Shown here: positions 54,856 to 64,000 of the stretch, piece after piece
Position numbering within the stretch: position 1 is the stretch's first letter
How the letters are laid out: each line of letters opens with the position of its first letter
Assembly: GCA_002772995.1 (NCBI GenBank)
Contig: PFCO01000001.1
Coordinates: 128,244-192,243, forward strand
DNA length: 64,000 bases
Reading direction: 5' to 3'
DNA from: Candidatus Niyogibacteria bacterium CG10_big_fil_rev_8_21_14_0_10_46_36
Lineage (GTDB): Bacteria > Patescibacteriota > Minisyncoccia > 1-14-0-10-42-19
Notes under the pieces: generated by a model
The model's database searches: none
What the model saw: only the letters and a program-made list of their open reading frames with translations
What the model was told of the DNA's origin: nothing
Position numbers and translations under genes: made by a program

Positions 54856-56184
54856 TTATCCGAGCTTTTCTTTGATATATGAAGCAATAGCATCAGCGGG
54901 TATCCGTTCCTGCTCCATAGTGTCCCGGTCGCGTACTGTCACCGTGCCGTCTTCAAGCGTATCGTAATCAACTGTAATACACCACGGCGTTCCTATTTCG
55001 TCCTGTCTCCGATACCGTTTGCCTATATTGCCGATATCATCCCACGCAGCAGACATATCCTTCCGCAGCCCCTCGTACACATCCCTTGCCTTTTTTACGA
55101 TGTTCTCTTTATTAGAAACAAGCGGGAATATTGCAACCTGATATGGTGCGAGTTTTTTGGGAAGCTTAAGAACGGTGCGGACATCTTTTTCTTTCACTTG
55201 CTCTTCAGCATATGATTCTGCGAGCACCGCGAGAAACGCGCGATCAAGCCCGAATGTCGGCTCTACTACATGCGGCAGCTCATGCGTTTTTGTCTCCTCA
55301 TCAAAATAACGGATGTCCGTGCTGCTCCCCTCCATGTGGAGATTCATATCATAATCCCCGCGGTACGCTATCGCCATAAGTTCTTTTACGCCGAACGGGT
55401 ATTCGTATTCAAAATCAATCGTGCGCGATGAATAATGCGCGCGCTCTCCGTCAGGCAAATCATTCGCGTGCAGTTTTTTCCGCGACAAGCCGAGGATATC
55501 CGTCCATTTCATCATTTCTTCAGACCAATATTCAAATGCCTTCTTCCATCCTTTTTCATGTACAAAATATTCAAATTCCATAAGCTCAAATTCGCGCGTG
55601 CGGAATAAGAATTCGCCGGGCGATATCTCGTTCCGGAACACTTTGCCCACTTGCGCGATACCGAACGGCAACTTCGGGTGAAGCGTATCCATGACATTTT
55701 TAAAGTTAATAAAAATGCCTTGCGCGTTTTCAGGACGCAAGTATGCTTCAGATGATTTTTCTTCAAGCGGCCCTATCCATGTCTTAAACAACATATTAAA
55801 GGGGCGCGCTTCGGTTAGCTCTTCCTTGCCACACTCTGGGCATGCCGTACCCTCTATATGGTCTGCGCGGAACCGTCCCTTGCAATGCTTGCAATCAACC
55901 AGTGGGTCCGTAAATTCTTTGAGATGGCCTGATGTTTCCCATACTTTCGGGTGCAACAAAATAGGGGCATCTATCGCATGCACATCGTCGCGGCTATCAA
56001 CAAAAAAAGAAAGCCACGCCCTTCGGATATTTTCTTTCAGGCGGAACCCGAGCGGACCGTAGTCCCAGGTGCCTGCAAGCCCGCCGTACAGCGAAGAACC
56101 GGGGAATATAAATCCCCGTCGTTTAGAGAACCGTATGATATTTTCCATCTTTTCCTGATCCATACCTTTCCCGCCATAATACAA
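54856..56184 (-). CDS. glyQS: Glycyl-tRNA synthetase, alpha2-dimer (eukaryote/archaeal-like) type.
   Basis: IIRFSKRRGFIFPGSSLYGGLAGTWDYGPLGFRLKENIRRAW is the canonical N-terminus of alpha2 GlyRS. The start is probably at the internal MDQEKMEN rather than 56184. Confidence 0.85.
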   Translation of the reverse strand: MYYGGKGMDQEKMENIIRFSKRRGFIFPGSSLYGGLAGTWDYGPLGFRLKENIRRAWLSFFVDSRDDVHAIDAPILLHPKVWETSGHLKEFTDPLVDCKHCKGRFRADHIEGTACPECGKEELTEARPFNMLFKTWIGPLEEKSSEAYLRPENAQGIFINFKNVMDTLHPKLPFGIAQVGKVFRNEISPGEFLFRTREFELMEFEYFVHEKGWKKAFEYWSEEMMKWTDILGLSRKKLHANDLPDGERAHYSSRTIDFEYEYPFGVKELMAIAYRGDYDMNLHMEGSSTDIRYFDEETKTHELPHVVEPTFGLDRAFLAVLAESYAEEQVKEKDVRTVLKLPKKLAPYQVAIFPLVSNKENIVKKARDVYEGLRKDMSAAWDDIGNIGKRYRRQDEIGTPWCITVDYDTLEDGTVTVRDRDTMEQERIPADAIASYIKEKLG

Positions 56185-56193
56185 GATTTGGCG

Positions 56194-58137
56194 CTATGGC
56201 GCTACTTTCCAGTCGTCTTGCCCCGTCTGCGAATCAGAGCGAAGCTCTGTATTTTGTGCGGGTGCTGTTTCGCGTATAGGAACTTGAGTGAACGCATCTG
56301 TTCCCTCCGCTATAACTTCAGACACAATAATGGGACGCGCGCCAACATCGCCCGGCGCAGGAATGTACCCAATCTGGAACCGTATTTCACGGACCGGACG
56401 GATAATGCCCGTGCCCTGCGGAAGCGTCCCCACGGCCCATATCACCTCTCCCGTTAGCGAATTATAAGACACACCGGAGCCCTGTGGTGAAACAAGCCCC
56501 TTCCATATCACATAGGAAGGAAGTGATGCTTTGACTGTAAGATTATTAATATCGTTTGATGAATTTATAAGCGACCAAATGACAGTGTATATTGTCTCTG
56601 TTCCTACTTCTGGCGGCAACGGACCGGAACCCGGCAATACTGTGTCGTGGTACAAGGCTTTGCGCACCAACTGCAAGTCCGTACTTATTTTTATTTCATG
56701 CTGCTTAGTCGTTGCGATATCTATATTCTCAAAACCCGGCGGGCGCTGCAATGCCTCAAATGTTCCCTCAAACCGTACGAAAAAGTTCGCATCAGCAGTT
56801 GAATGGATTGGGAACGACTGCGGAGTACGGAAACGGAAATTAAATGCCCCCTCTTCACCGGGCTCAAGGAACGCAAATGGCGCATACGAAGACGCATTCC
56901 ATGTTATTGTCTGGTCGGTGCCGCGGTATGTTCCGTTTGGAACAATAACCGATGCTTCTTGATATCCCTTTCCTTCGAAGCGAAGGCGGAATATGGCATT
57001 TTCAACCGGTACCGATAAATTATTCTTCCAGCGTATTTGCACATCAACAAAACTGTCAGGTGCAAGCACAATCGGACTGCCATCGTTTATAACATACAAA
57101 AAATCAAGAAATGATTTTGCAACCGTGACTGACACGCTATCAACGCCGTAAAGCACGGTAAGAATGCTATTTTCTTCCTGACCTATTTCCGCGCGGAATA
57201 ATTTAGCATCAAGCTCACTTCCAGTGACAGCGCCGCGGAATGTAATTTTCATAGATTCCCCGCGCTCAATGGTGCCAAGTGCCCACCGATTGTCTCCAAA
57301 TGACGGCACTGGGTCTGCGGTACGAAATGAAAACCCCTCCGGATACTGGAGCACAAGCGTTGCGTTTTCTAGCACATCATCGGCTTGCGAAGATATCTCT
57401 ACAGTAAATTCCGCCTCATCTCCGGAATTAATTATTTCGGGAGCGGTCAAAAAAACTGAGAGCGGTGATTGAGTTATCCGCGTCTGTCCTTCGGATTCGT
57501 TCGCCAGAATAACATTGGATCCGGCAGCGCGGTATTCAAGCGTCGCACGCGCAGTTTTGATACTGTCCTCTTCTCCGAAAAGAAATGCTTCAAATGTCTT
57601 TGTGACTTCTTCTCCCGGACGAAGCGGTCCGAGTGATATCCGGCGCCGGAGCGTTTTGCGGTCTTCTTCAGTCACCGGGCGGGCGCCATCAGGATATTCA
57701 AATATGAGGTCAGCGACTTCGAGCGCGCTTTCTGTTTGGTTGCGCACATGCACTTCCCACGCAACAAAATCCCCTCCGGCAATCTCGCGCGGCGCATCAA
57801 CGGATATTTCGGCACCCTCAAGAGAAACGCCGCCACCACCGGATAAAACAACCCACGCCGCAACGCCCATAGTAACCAACGCAAGAACGCCGCTCCCGAT
57901 AAGGAAGAGTTTGAGATAAGACATTTTTTTGGGCAGATGTTTTTTTTGCTTTGCCATTTCTTCTTCTTTTATATCCTTCCAATCGTGCGGAGCCCGGTCA
58001 TGCAACGGAGCCAATTCCGGGCGCTGTATGCGCTCCTGTCCGTATGATTCTCCCCTGCCATAAATACGCTTGCGCAGCCGCTCAATAGAATCGCCGGGAA
58101 CATAGTCTGAATTATTGCCGTCAAGTTCTTCATTCAT
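56194..58137 (-). CDS. Single-pass membrane protein with a large extracytoplasmic beta-rich (CARDB/DUF11-like) region.
   Basis: A cytoplasmic N-terminus of about 85 aa is followed by a TM helix YLKLFLIGSGVLALVTMGVAAWVVL. Repeated segments of about 100 aa with alternating hydrophobic patterns follow. Length is 647 aa. Confidence 0.55.
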   Translation of the reverse strand: MNEELDGNNSDYVPGDSIERLRKRIYGRGESYGQERIQRPELAPLHDRAPHDWKDIKEEEMAKQKKHLPKKMSYLKLFLIGSGVLALVTMGVAAWVVLSGGGGVSLEGAEISVDAPREIAGGDFVAWEVHVRNQTESALEVADLIFEYPDGARPVTEEDRKTLRRRISLGPLRPGEEVTKTFEAFLFGEEDSIKTARATLEYRAAGSNVILANESEGQTRITQSPLSVFLTAPEIINSGDEAEFTVEISSQADDVLENATLVLQYPEGFSFRTADPVPSFGDNRWALGTIERGESMKITFRGAVTGSELDAKLFRAEIGQEENSILTVLYGVDSVSVTVAKSFLDFLYVINDGSPIVLAPDSFVDVQIRWKNNLSVPVENAIFRLRFEGKGYQEASVIVPNGTYRGTDQTITWNASSYAPFAFLEPGEEGAFNFRFRTPQSFPIHSTADANFFVRFEGTFEALQRPPGFENIDIATTKQHEIKISTDLQLVRKALYHDTVLPGSGPLPPEVGTETIYTVIWSLINSSNDINNLTVKASLPSYVIWKGLVSPQGSGVSYNSLTGEVIWAVGTLPQGTGIIRPVREIRFQIGYIPAPGDVGARPIIVSEVIAEGTDAFTQVPIRETAPAQNTELRSDSQTGQDDWKVAP

Positions 58138-58184
58138 AGCTTACATATATAGTATATAAAAATTTGCACGAACGCGGTATCTCG

Positions 58185-58766
58185 CTACAGATGGCTTGCA
58201 CGAATGCCCTTACTGCACACTGTTTGCAAAATATTCTCTTCGTTCCCGGTGAACGGAACATTCCAATTGTCTGCACGCAGCAGCCGGCGGATATGTTCTT
58301 CTTGCTCGTCGACATAGCCGAGATAATAAAGCATGCGCGCCTGGAAGAGCAGTTCAATAGACACCGGCACGCCGTGTTCGTTGCCCACATTCGTTCCCTG
58401 CAAAAAATGGAACGCAGAAAGTAATGCTTCCCATATGCGCATATCGCGCTCTTCTCCTTGTATAACCCGCAACAGAAACCTGCCCATGCGTCCCGCCATA
58501 AAAAACGCTTCCTCCGAAAATGAATATGCGTGCTTTTCCTCGGCATCAATCAGCCGCGGGAAAGCTCTTCCGAGTACAAATGATACCCGGCTATAAGAAA
58601 ATAACTGCAGATGACTTTTGAGCTTTGAGGATTGCGCCCGTACGCTTTTCGCAAACACGCGCACAAGTCCGAATTCTTTTGTGAATAACACATACATCCG
58701 ATCAGTCTCCCCGATATCAAATGCATCAAGCACAATGCTATCAGTATGGTATATCAAAGCCGACAT
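58185..58766 (-). CDS. recO: DNA repair protein RecO (short form).
   Basis: MSALIYHTDSIVLDAFDIGETDRMYVLFTKEFGLVRVFAKSVR is the RecO N-terminal OB-fold signature. Length is 193 aa. Confidence 0.7.
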   Translation of the reverse strand: MSALIYHTDSIVLDAFDIGETDRMYVLFTKEFGLVRVFAKSVRAQSSKLKSHLQLFSYSRVSFVLGRAFPRLIDAEEKHAYSFSEEAFFMAGRMGRFLLRVIQGEERDMRIWEALLSAFHFLQGTNVGNEHGVPVSIELLFQARMLYYLGYVDEQEEHIRRLLRADNWNVPFTGNEENILQTVCSKGIRASHL

Positions 58767-58768
58767 GC

Positions 58769-61700
58769 CTATCTTTTTACAAACCCTATCTCAAAATAAT
58801 AGTCATCTACCTGAAGCGATGTTTTCATAAATAACTGGTGTGATAATGCTTCACGGACGATTGCATGCGCGCCCACCCCCTGCTTAATGTCATGTTCATA
58901 TTGAGATAATATTTCTTCCCCTTTTTCATCCGTACCAATATGCAGGATGATCTTGTCTTTTGGCGTAAGCCCTGCTTCTTTGCGCATGCCCTGTATCTGC
59001 CTGGTGAGCTCTCTGAACGCTCCCTCCTTTTTCAATTCCGGAGTAAGTACAGTATCCAGCCGTACCGCTTCTTTCATCTTTGCATCAAATAGCACCTGTT
59101 TTACATTCACCTCTCCCGCGATAAGCTCGTGCAATGCTTTCTTTTTCTCAATATGATACTGTGCAGTACGGATAGTAAGAGATGCTAACGGCTGGCGTAC
59201 CTTTATTCCTGCTTGCGTGCGCGCTTGAAGCGCTAGGGAAACGATCTCACGCACTTCCTTCATATCTTTAATAAGAGTTTTTTCTTTTACAGTAAGCGTT
59301 TTATTTTTTGGCCATGAGGATTCGTGCACGCTTCCGCTCTTTTTCATACGGGCGGATATCGCTTCGCTCAAAAATGGAGTGAAGGGCGCTGCGAGCGTTG
59401 CTGCCGCCTGAAGTACATCGCCGAGGACATACACTATCTCTTGCTGTTCCGCTTTTGAACCGAGCTTTACCGCATCGCGAACCCTGCGCACATACCAGCG
59501 TGAGATATCCTCTCCGACAAATTCTTCAAGCACGCGCGCAGCACGCACAACATCATACGCTTCAAGGTATTCGGTTACTTCGCGCGTCACCTCGTGCAGA
59601 CGGGCATACAGCCAATCGTGCAGCGTAAGCGTGGGGCGCGTTATTTTTTTGACAGACACTCCTCCTTGTGCGCCATCCCAGTATTGAAATACATTCCAAA
59701 ATATCATAAGAAATTTGCGCGATGCAGCTTGCACGTCTTTTTCTTCAAACAACTTTTCATCCCACGGCTGGTTGAGTGTATAAAAATACCACCGTACCGC
59801 GTCTGCACCGTACAAAGAGAACAGTGAAAACGGATCAACGGCATTGCCGCGCGACTTGGACATTTTCTCTCCCTTTTTATCAAGCACCAAGCCCATAGTA
59901 ATGACATTTTTATAGGGCGCCGGCAGATGCATAAGAGAAGACACCGCGAGGAGCGTATAAAACCACCCGCGCGTCTGGTCTATACCTTCGGCGATGTAGT
60001 CGGCAGGATACGGAATTGTCTTTTTAATATCCCGCGCGCCCACCGTTTTGCTTTTTATCTTTGCCCAAAACTTTTCGTTCTGCGCATATGGCATTGAGCC
60101 TGAATCAAACCAAACATCCGCAACATCAGGGATGCGGTGCATTTCTTCGTTGCATGACGGACACCGAAGAACAATATTGTCGATATATGGCCGGTGAAAA
60201 TCAAGCTCGCCGCGCGTAAAACTATACGGCCAGTTATGCAGGCGGAGTTTTTTTACCTCTCCTGTGTTTGGATACCACGAATCAAAAAAGTCCTCTTCTT
60301 TTTTTCCTTCAAGTGCGGCGTACAATTCCCACAACGGATCGCCATGCGAAACAACAAGTATGCGTTTGCCTTTGTGGCGCGTAATAATGTCACGGATATT
60401 ATTCATCATACGCACACGGACATCACGCATACTCTCTCCATTGGGAAAGGGTGTGGCAAAACGCGTTTCGCGCGGAAAGATTTTATTTACTTCTGTTATT
60501 GTTTTTCCGGTATAATCGCCGACATCAATATCGTGAATGCTTTCTTCCACCTCCACGGGAATACCATCTAATTCCTTAGATACAATATGCGCTGTGTCTT
60601 TCGTGCGCTTAAGCGGCGAGCAGACAATAACATCTATTTTTCCTTTCAGCGCACGCGCGGTTTGCTGCGCCTGCTTTTTTCCTTTTTCAGTCAGCTGGTT
60701 TTTCTTGTCTGTCTTTGGAGTTGCTGGCCCCACTATCCCCGCTTTGTTATGCGTTGCTTCACCGTGCCGCATAACATACAGCTCTGTCGTATCCGGCATT
60801 GCGCGTCTATCTAAATCATCCAGAGACGAAACAATCTCATGCGAATCGCATGACGCACATGTCCATATCGGGAGCGGCATTCCCCAATAACGCTCACGGC
60901 TGATTGCCCAATCCACATTTTCGCGGAGCCATTCGCCAAATCTGTTCTTTCCTACAAAGTCCGGATGCCACCCAATTTTTGCATTCTCTTTTTGCATAGC
61001 GCTTTTCACCGCGGTTGTACGCAAAAACCAAGAATTTTTTGCGTAATACATAAGCGCCGATTTGCACCGCCAGCAATACGGATAATCGTGCTCATATATT
61101 TCTTTTTTAAAAAGAAGTTTTTTTTCTGCGAGATCCTTGGTAATAATTGCATTCGCATCAGAAAATATTTTTTTATCCCAGGCATAACCGGGTGTTTTCA
61201 TTTGCCCGTCTTCACCTACGGTAACAAGCGTCGGCAAATCGTGCTTTTTTCCCACCCGTTGGTCATCAGCGCCGAACGCGGGTGCTATGTGCACAATGCC
61301 AGTTCCATCTTCCGTTGTTACAAAATCGTCCGCAATAACCGTATATGCATTTTTGTGTTTTTCTTTTGTGGGGTAGAGCGGTTCATACGCCATCCCCGCA
61401 AAGTCATTCCCCCTTTTTTCTTCTCCGCCAGAATACTCTTCGCCTAAGCTAGAAATACGGTCTTTGCCGAGAATGAGCTTTTCTCCGTTGTGCGTTACTG
61501 TTACATACACAGCCTTAGGATTCACTGCCAACGCAACATTCCCCGGCAATGTCCACGGAGTCGTGGTCCACGCCAAAAAGAATGTATTTTTCTCCCCCTT
61601 CACCGGAAACTTTATATAGAGAGAAGTATCTTTCGTTTTTTTATACCCCTGCGCGACTTCGTGCGACGAAAGGGAGGTTTCGCATCGAGGACACCACGGC

Positions 61701-62251
61701 AATACTTTGTAATCGCGGTATACATATCCATTACGCGCAATCTGCCCGAATACCCACCACAACCCCTCTATGTATTCGTTCGTCATTGTGACATAGGGAT
61801 GTTCAAGATCAAGCCAATAGCCCATCCGTTCGGTCATCTTTTCCCAGTCCGCTTTATATTCAAAAACGTTCTCACGCGCGGTCTCAACAAACTTTTCAAG
61901 TCCGAGTTCTTCTATCTTCTTTTTGGTATGTACATTCAATTTTTTCTCAACTTCCATTTCGGTCGGAAGACCGTGCGTATCCCAGCCGGCTTTACGCGGT
62001 ATAGCATACCCCTGCATGGTGCGGAACCGTAATATAACATCTTTGTAAGCGCGTGCGAGCACATGATGAATGCCCGGCCTGCCGTTCGCGTAGGGCGGAC
62101 CTTCATAAAATACAAACGGTTTGCCTTTCGCCGTTTTTTTGACAAGCTTCTTGAATGTGTCATTTTTTGCCCAATACGAAAGAATCTCCTCTTCTATCTG
62201 AGGAAATATCGTTTTGGGGACTCGTTTTTCTTTTTTATCCGTATCTGCCAT
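58769..62251 (-). CDS. ileS: Isoleucyl-tRNA synthetase with an inserted histidine-phosphatase-superfamily domain.
   Basis: PYANGRPGIHHVLARAYKDVI is the HIGH region. GKKHDLPTLV and WRCKSAL belong to the editing/CP1 region. KMSKSRGN is the KMSKS motif. The Zn-finger reads RCPSCNEE. Length is 1160 aa versus about 940-1050 for typical IleRS. The extra length is a roughly 185 aa block (residues about 485-670) carrying the RHGE and SHG motifs. Confidence 0.9.
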   Translation of the reverse strand: MADTDKKEKRVPKTIFPQIEEEILSYWAKNDTFKKLVKKTAKGKPFVFYEGPPYANGRPGIHHVLARAYKDVILRFRTMQGYAIPRKAGWDTHGLPTEMEVEKKLNVHTKKKIEELGLEKFVETARENVFEYKADWEKMTERMGYWLDLEHPYVTMTNEYIEGLWWVFGQIARNGYVYRDYKVLPWCPRCETSLSSHEVAQGYKKTKDTSLYIKFPVKGEKNTFFLAWTTTPWTLPGNVALAVNPKAVYVTVTHNGEKLILGKDRISSLGEEYSGGEEKRGNDFAGMAYEPLYPTKEKHKNAYTVIADDFVTTEDGTGIVHIAPAFGADDQRVGKKHDLPTLVTVGEDGQMKTPGYAWDKKIFSDANAIITKDLAEKKLLFKKEIYEHDYPYCWRCKSALMYYAKNSWFLRTTAVKSAMQKENAKIGWHPDFVGKNRFGEWLRENVDWAISRERYWGMPLPIWTCASCDSHEIVSSLDDLDRRAMPDTTELYVMRHGEATHNKAGIVGPATPKTDKKNQLTEKGKKQAQQTARALKGKIDVIVCSPLKRTKDTAHIVSKELDGIPVEVEESIHDIDVGDYTGKTITEVNKIFPRETRFATPFPNGESMRDVRVRMMNNIRDIITRHKGKRILVVSHGDPLWELYAALEGKKEEDFFDSWYPNTGEVKKLRLHNWPYSFTRGELDFHRPYIDNIVLRCPSCNEEMHRIPDVADVWFDSGSMPYAQNEKFWAKIKSKTVGARDIKKTIPYPADYIAEGIDQTRGWFYTLLAVSSLMHLPAPYKNVITMGLVLDKKGEKMSKSRGNAVDPFSLFSLYGADAVRWYFYTLNQPWDEKLFEEKDVQAASRKFLMIFWNVFQYWDGAQGGVSVKKITRPTLTLHDWLYARLHEVTREVTEYLEAYDVVRAARVLEEFVGEDISRWYVRRVRDAVKLGSKAEQQEIVYVLGDVLQAAATLAAPFTPFLSEAISARMKKSGSVHESSWPKNKTLTVKEKTLIKDMKEVREIVSLALQARTQAGIKVRQPLASLTIRTAQYHIEKKKALHELIAGEVNVKQVLFDAKMKEAVRLDTVLTPELKKEGAFRELTRQIQGMRKEAGLTPKDKIILHIGTDEKGEEILSQYEHDIKQGVGAHAIVREALSHQLFMKTSLQVDDYYFEIGFVKR

Positions 62252-62280
62252 TTCCTTTATTTTATAGAAAAAAAGATAAT

Positions 62281-62325
62281 AAAAAAAGCCGTCTCTCTAT
62301 ATGTAAGAGAACGGCTTTGTTTTTT
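62281..62325 (-). terminator. Intrinsic terminator downstream of acs and upstream of ileS.
   Basis: AAAAAAAGCCGTCTCTCTATATGTAAGAGAACGGCTTTGTTTTTT, with stem GCCGTCTCT/AGAGAACGGC. Confidence 0.65.
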
Positions 62326-64000
62326 ACGCACGAGAGAAGTATGATTCTCCATGGCATGCTATTTCTTCAAGTGCCTGAGGGTTAACAACGCGCGTTTGCG
62401 CTATTACATACCTATCACAGAACACCCTACTTATTGCTTTATATGGCACTTTTGCCGCGGCATTGCGCGGAAGCTCTTTGATGGCAAATATGCGTTCGGG
62501 TTTTGCTTGCGGATTAACAATATCCGCAACTACAGATCTAAGCGCCGCCTCATCCGTTTCGGTCAGCCGGTCTTGCCCCTCAAGAATAACAAAACATATT
62601 ATTTTGTTTTCTGAATTTTTATCTGGAATGCCGACGGCAATCGCTTCCATAACCCGGAACTCTGCCGCCCGGAAACCAATGAGCGCGCTTTCTATATTTG
62701 CCGGAGAAAATTTTATCCCATTTTTATTAATAATGTCGTCGCTCCGCCCCCGCATGAATACAAACCCGTCTTCGTCCATTTCGGCAAAGTCACCGTGCGC
62801 CCAGACGCCGCGAAAGGCAGAAAAATATGTTTCCTGGTAGCCTTCCTCGTCAGCATAAAATCCGCGGGTCATAGATGGAAAGGGATGCGTGCAGACAACC
62901 CGGCCGGTTTCGCGCCGCACCGATTCCCCTTTTTCGTTGAATATATCTCCGCCCATGCCAAGCGCGAACACGCCGACACTTCCTATTTTGCAGGGGATAT
63001 TCGGAAGATTTTGCGCAAAACAGCCCAGCATCTCCGTGCCGCCGATAATATTATTTATCGGGCACTTTCCCTTCCCAAACACGGAAAAGAACCACTCCCA
63101 ATTTTCCGAAAAAAGAATGGAGCCGGTTGAGCCGAGTATCCGTAACGAAGAAAGGTTAAAATCATCTCCGCTTATATGATTCTTGCGGAGCCCCGCTATA
63201 AAACCGGGCGTTGAACCGAAGATGCTTACTTTATATCTTTCTATGATGCCAAATATCCTATCGGGCTTTGGATACGAAGGGGCGCCCTCAAAACAGACGA
63301 GCGTAGCGCCAAAATGCAGCGCACCGACAATCTCCCACGGCGCCATCATCCAGCCGAAATTTGTCATCCAGTAAAAGACATCGTCTTCTTTGCAGTCAAA
63401 TCCAAACCCCACCTCTTTGCATATCTGCGCAAGCACTCCGCCATGCGTATGAAGAATACGCTTTGGCTTTTTCCCCTTTTCCCGCGTTGTTCCGGAGCTA
63501 AAAAGCATAAGGGCTACATCTTCGGCATTGCACCGTTCCGTGCGCGCTATCGTGCTTTTGCCCTGCTTGCAAAAATCATCCCAGAAAACACTTCTCATTT
63601 CTTTCTTTCCGAAAACAAACGGGGAAAACGGACTATGAGGCGCATCGTTCTCAAACACAACAATATGCCGCACCGAAAAAATATCGGAAACACCCTGATG
63701 AATTTTTTCCAGAGTAAAGTTTTTTCCGCCATACGAATAACTATCGGCCATAAAGAACATTTTTGCCCGCGCTATTCTCACATGGTCAACAATATCTTTT
63801 GTCCCGTCAGTGCTCGTGGTCGGCGCCATTTGCATGCACACCGCCCCAATCTTAAAACACGCGAACATGACCGCTATAGAATCGATTGATATTGGCATGC
63901 ACATCCCTACAAAATCGCCTTTCCCTATGCCATGTGCTTTCATGGCGGAAGCAATAGTATCAACAAGTAGCTTTAGCTGCCAAAATGTGATTGCGCGCTT
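62324..64000 (-). CDS. Acetyl-CoA synthetase / AMP-forming acyl-CoA synthetase, 5' end outside the window.
   Basis: GIGKGDFVGMCMPISIDSIAVMFACFKIGAV, YWMTNFGWMMAPWEIVGALHFGATLV and GRSDDIINKNGIKFSPANIESAL are collinear with Acs. The reading frame stays open upstream of the track's Met through to the window end (..KRAITFWQLKLLVDTIASAM..). Confidence 0.75.
   Translation of the reverse strand, partial: KRAITFWQLKLLVDTIASAMKAHGIGKGDFVGMCMPISIDSIAVMFACFKIGAVCMQMAPTTSTDGTKDIVDHVRIARAKMFFMADSYSYGGKNFTLEKIHQGVSDIFSVRHIVVFENDAPHSPFSPFVFGKKEMRSVFWDDFCKQGKSTIARTERCNAEDVALMLFSSGTTREKGKKPKRILHTHGGVLAQICKEVGFGFDCKEDDVFYWMTNFGWMMAPWEIVGALHFGATLVCFEGAPSYPKPDRIFGIIERYKVSIFGSTPGFIAGLRKNHISGDDFNLSSLRILGSTGSILFSENWEWFFSVFGKGKCPINNIIGGTEMLGCFAQNLPNIPCKIGSVGVFALGMGGDIFNEKGESVRRETGRVVCTHPFPSMTRGFYADEEGYQETYFSAFRGVWAHGDFAEMDEDGFVFMRGRSDDIINKNGIKFSPANIESALIGFRAAEFRVMEAIAVGIPDKNSENKIICFVILEGQDRLTETDEAALRSVVADIVNPQAKPERIFAIKELPRNAAAKVPYKAISRVFCDRYVIAQTRVVNPQALEEIACHGESYFSRA

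Noticed and set aside
58130-58549. 139-aa ORF overlapping recO on the same strand in another frame.
   Set aside because: It is fully contained within the recO/upstream region. It is Cys/Arg-rich with no motifs. recO has a clear OB-fold N-terminal signature.
60229-60799. Possibility that the IleS insertion is an intein or mobile element.
   Set aside because: It has no Cys/Ser at the N-terminal splice junction and no His-Asn at the C-terminal junction. It has no LAGLIDADG/HNH endonuclease blocks. The insert instead has RHG/SHG phosphatase motifs. It is reported as a domain insertion.
333-63889. Numerous 60-190 aa ORFs in the six-frame track that lie antisense to, or out of frame within, the long annotated genes (for example 333..635, 592..1059, 1494..1994, 17560..18132, 31411..31881, 53816..54454, 60965..61447, 61490..62032).
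   Set aside because: Each is fully embedded in a longer ORF with clear family-level motifs on the other strand or frame. Their translations are low-complexity or Arg/Cys/Ser-rich, as expected for shadow ORFs in roughly 50% GC DNA. None has an independent RBS/terminator context.
1-64000. Search for CRISPR arrays, tRNA/rRNA genes, integrase/transposase genes or direct repeats flanking the glycan locus.
   Set aside because: Intergenic spacers are all under 170 bp. None contains repeat-spacer periodicity or tRNA-like acceptor/TpsiC features that I could recognise by eye. No ORF resembles a recombinase or transposase. The locus therefore cannot be called a mobile island from this window. tRNAscan/Infernal would be needed for a definitive answer.

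Overview
The window is a densely packed bacterial chromosomal segment of roughly 50% GC, transcribed almost entirely on the minus strand. Bases 300-46640 form one large accessory locus for building and decorating a surface glycan (about 46 kb, at least 45 genes). Bases 46700-64000 are core housekeeping genes. The glycan locus contains a complete four-step nucleotide-activated heptose module: GmhA isomerase, HddA GHMP kinase, a fused HddC nucleotidyltransferase-GmhB phosphatase, and epimerases. It also contains a nonulosonic/ulosonic acid module: a NeuB-family synthase with SAF domain, two CMP-sugar cytidylyltransferases and a DegT-family PLP aminotransferase. Tailoring genes include a Gmd/Rmd-like GDP-sugar enzyme, six more SDR epimerase/dehydratase/reductases, an RmlC-like cupin, a PMI-type cupin, a CBS-fused nucleotide-sugar dehydrogenase, an AsnB amidotransferase, a CE4 polysaccharide deacetylase and a PhyH-type Fe/2OG dioxygenase. 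A TPP-dependent E1 alpha/beta pair is also present. There are seven SAM methyltransferases (one zinc-ribbon NDP-hexose C-methyltransferase, TylF-like, FkbM-like and others) and two sulfotransferase-like proteins carrying both PAPS-binding motifs. Membrane and transfer functions are a Wzx-type flippase, two GT2, one GT4 and a FemAB-like acyltransferase. Four diverged paralogs of a roughly 450 aa GT-B-like protein share an S-W-D-N-L-T motif. Unusual items are a truncated pyruvate-kinase homolog, a secreted LamG-domain protein that is the only long plus-strand gene in its block, and a G9 homopolymer tract at the 3' end of a methyltransferase gene. In the housekeeping block, the isoleucyl-tRNA synthetase carries an in-frame histidine-phosphatase (RHG) domain of about 185 aa. 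Ten intrinsic terminator hairpins delimit the operons. No rRNA, tRNA, CRISPR, integrase or transposase was found. Many antisense ORFs in the supplied track are shadows of the real genes and are not reported. Functions are assigned by reading motifs by eye without database searches. Family-level calls are fairly reliable, but substrate-level calls are inference.
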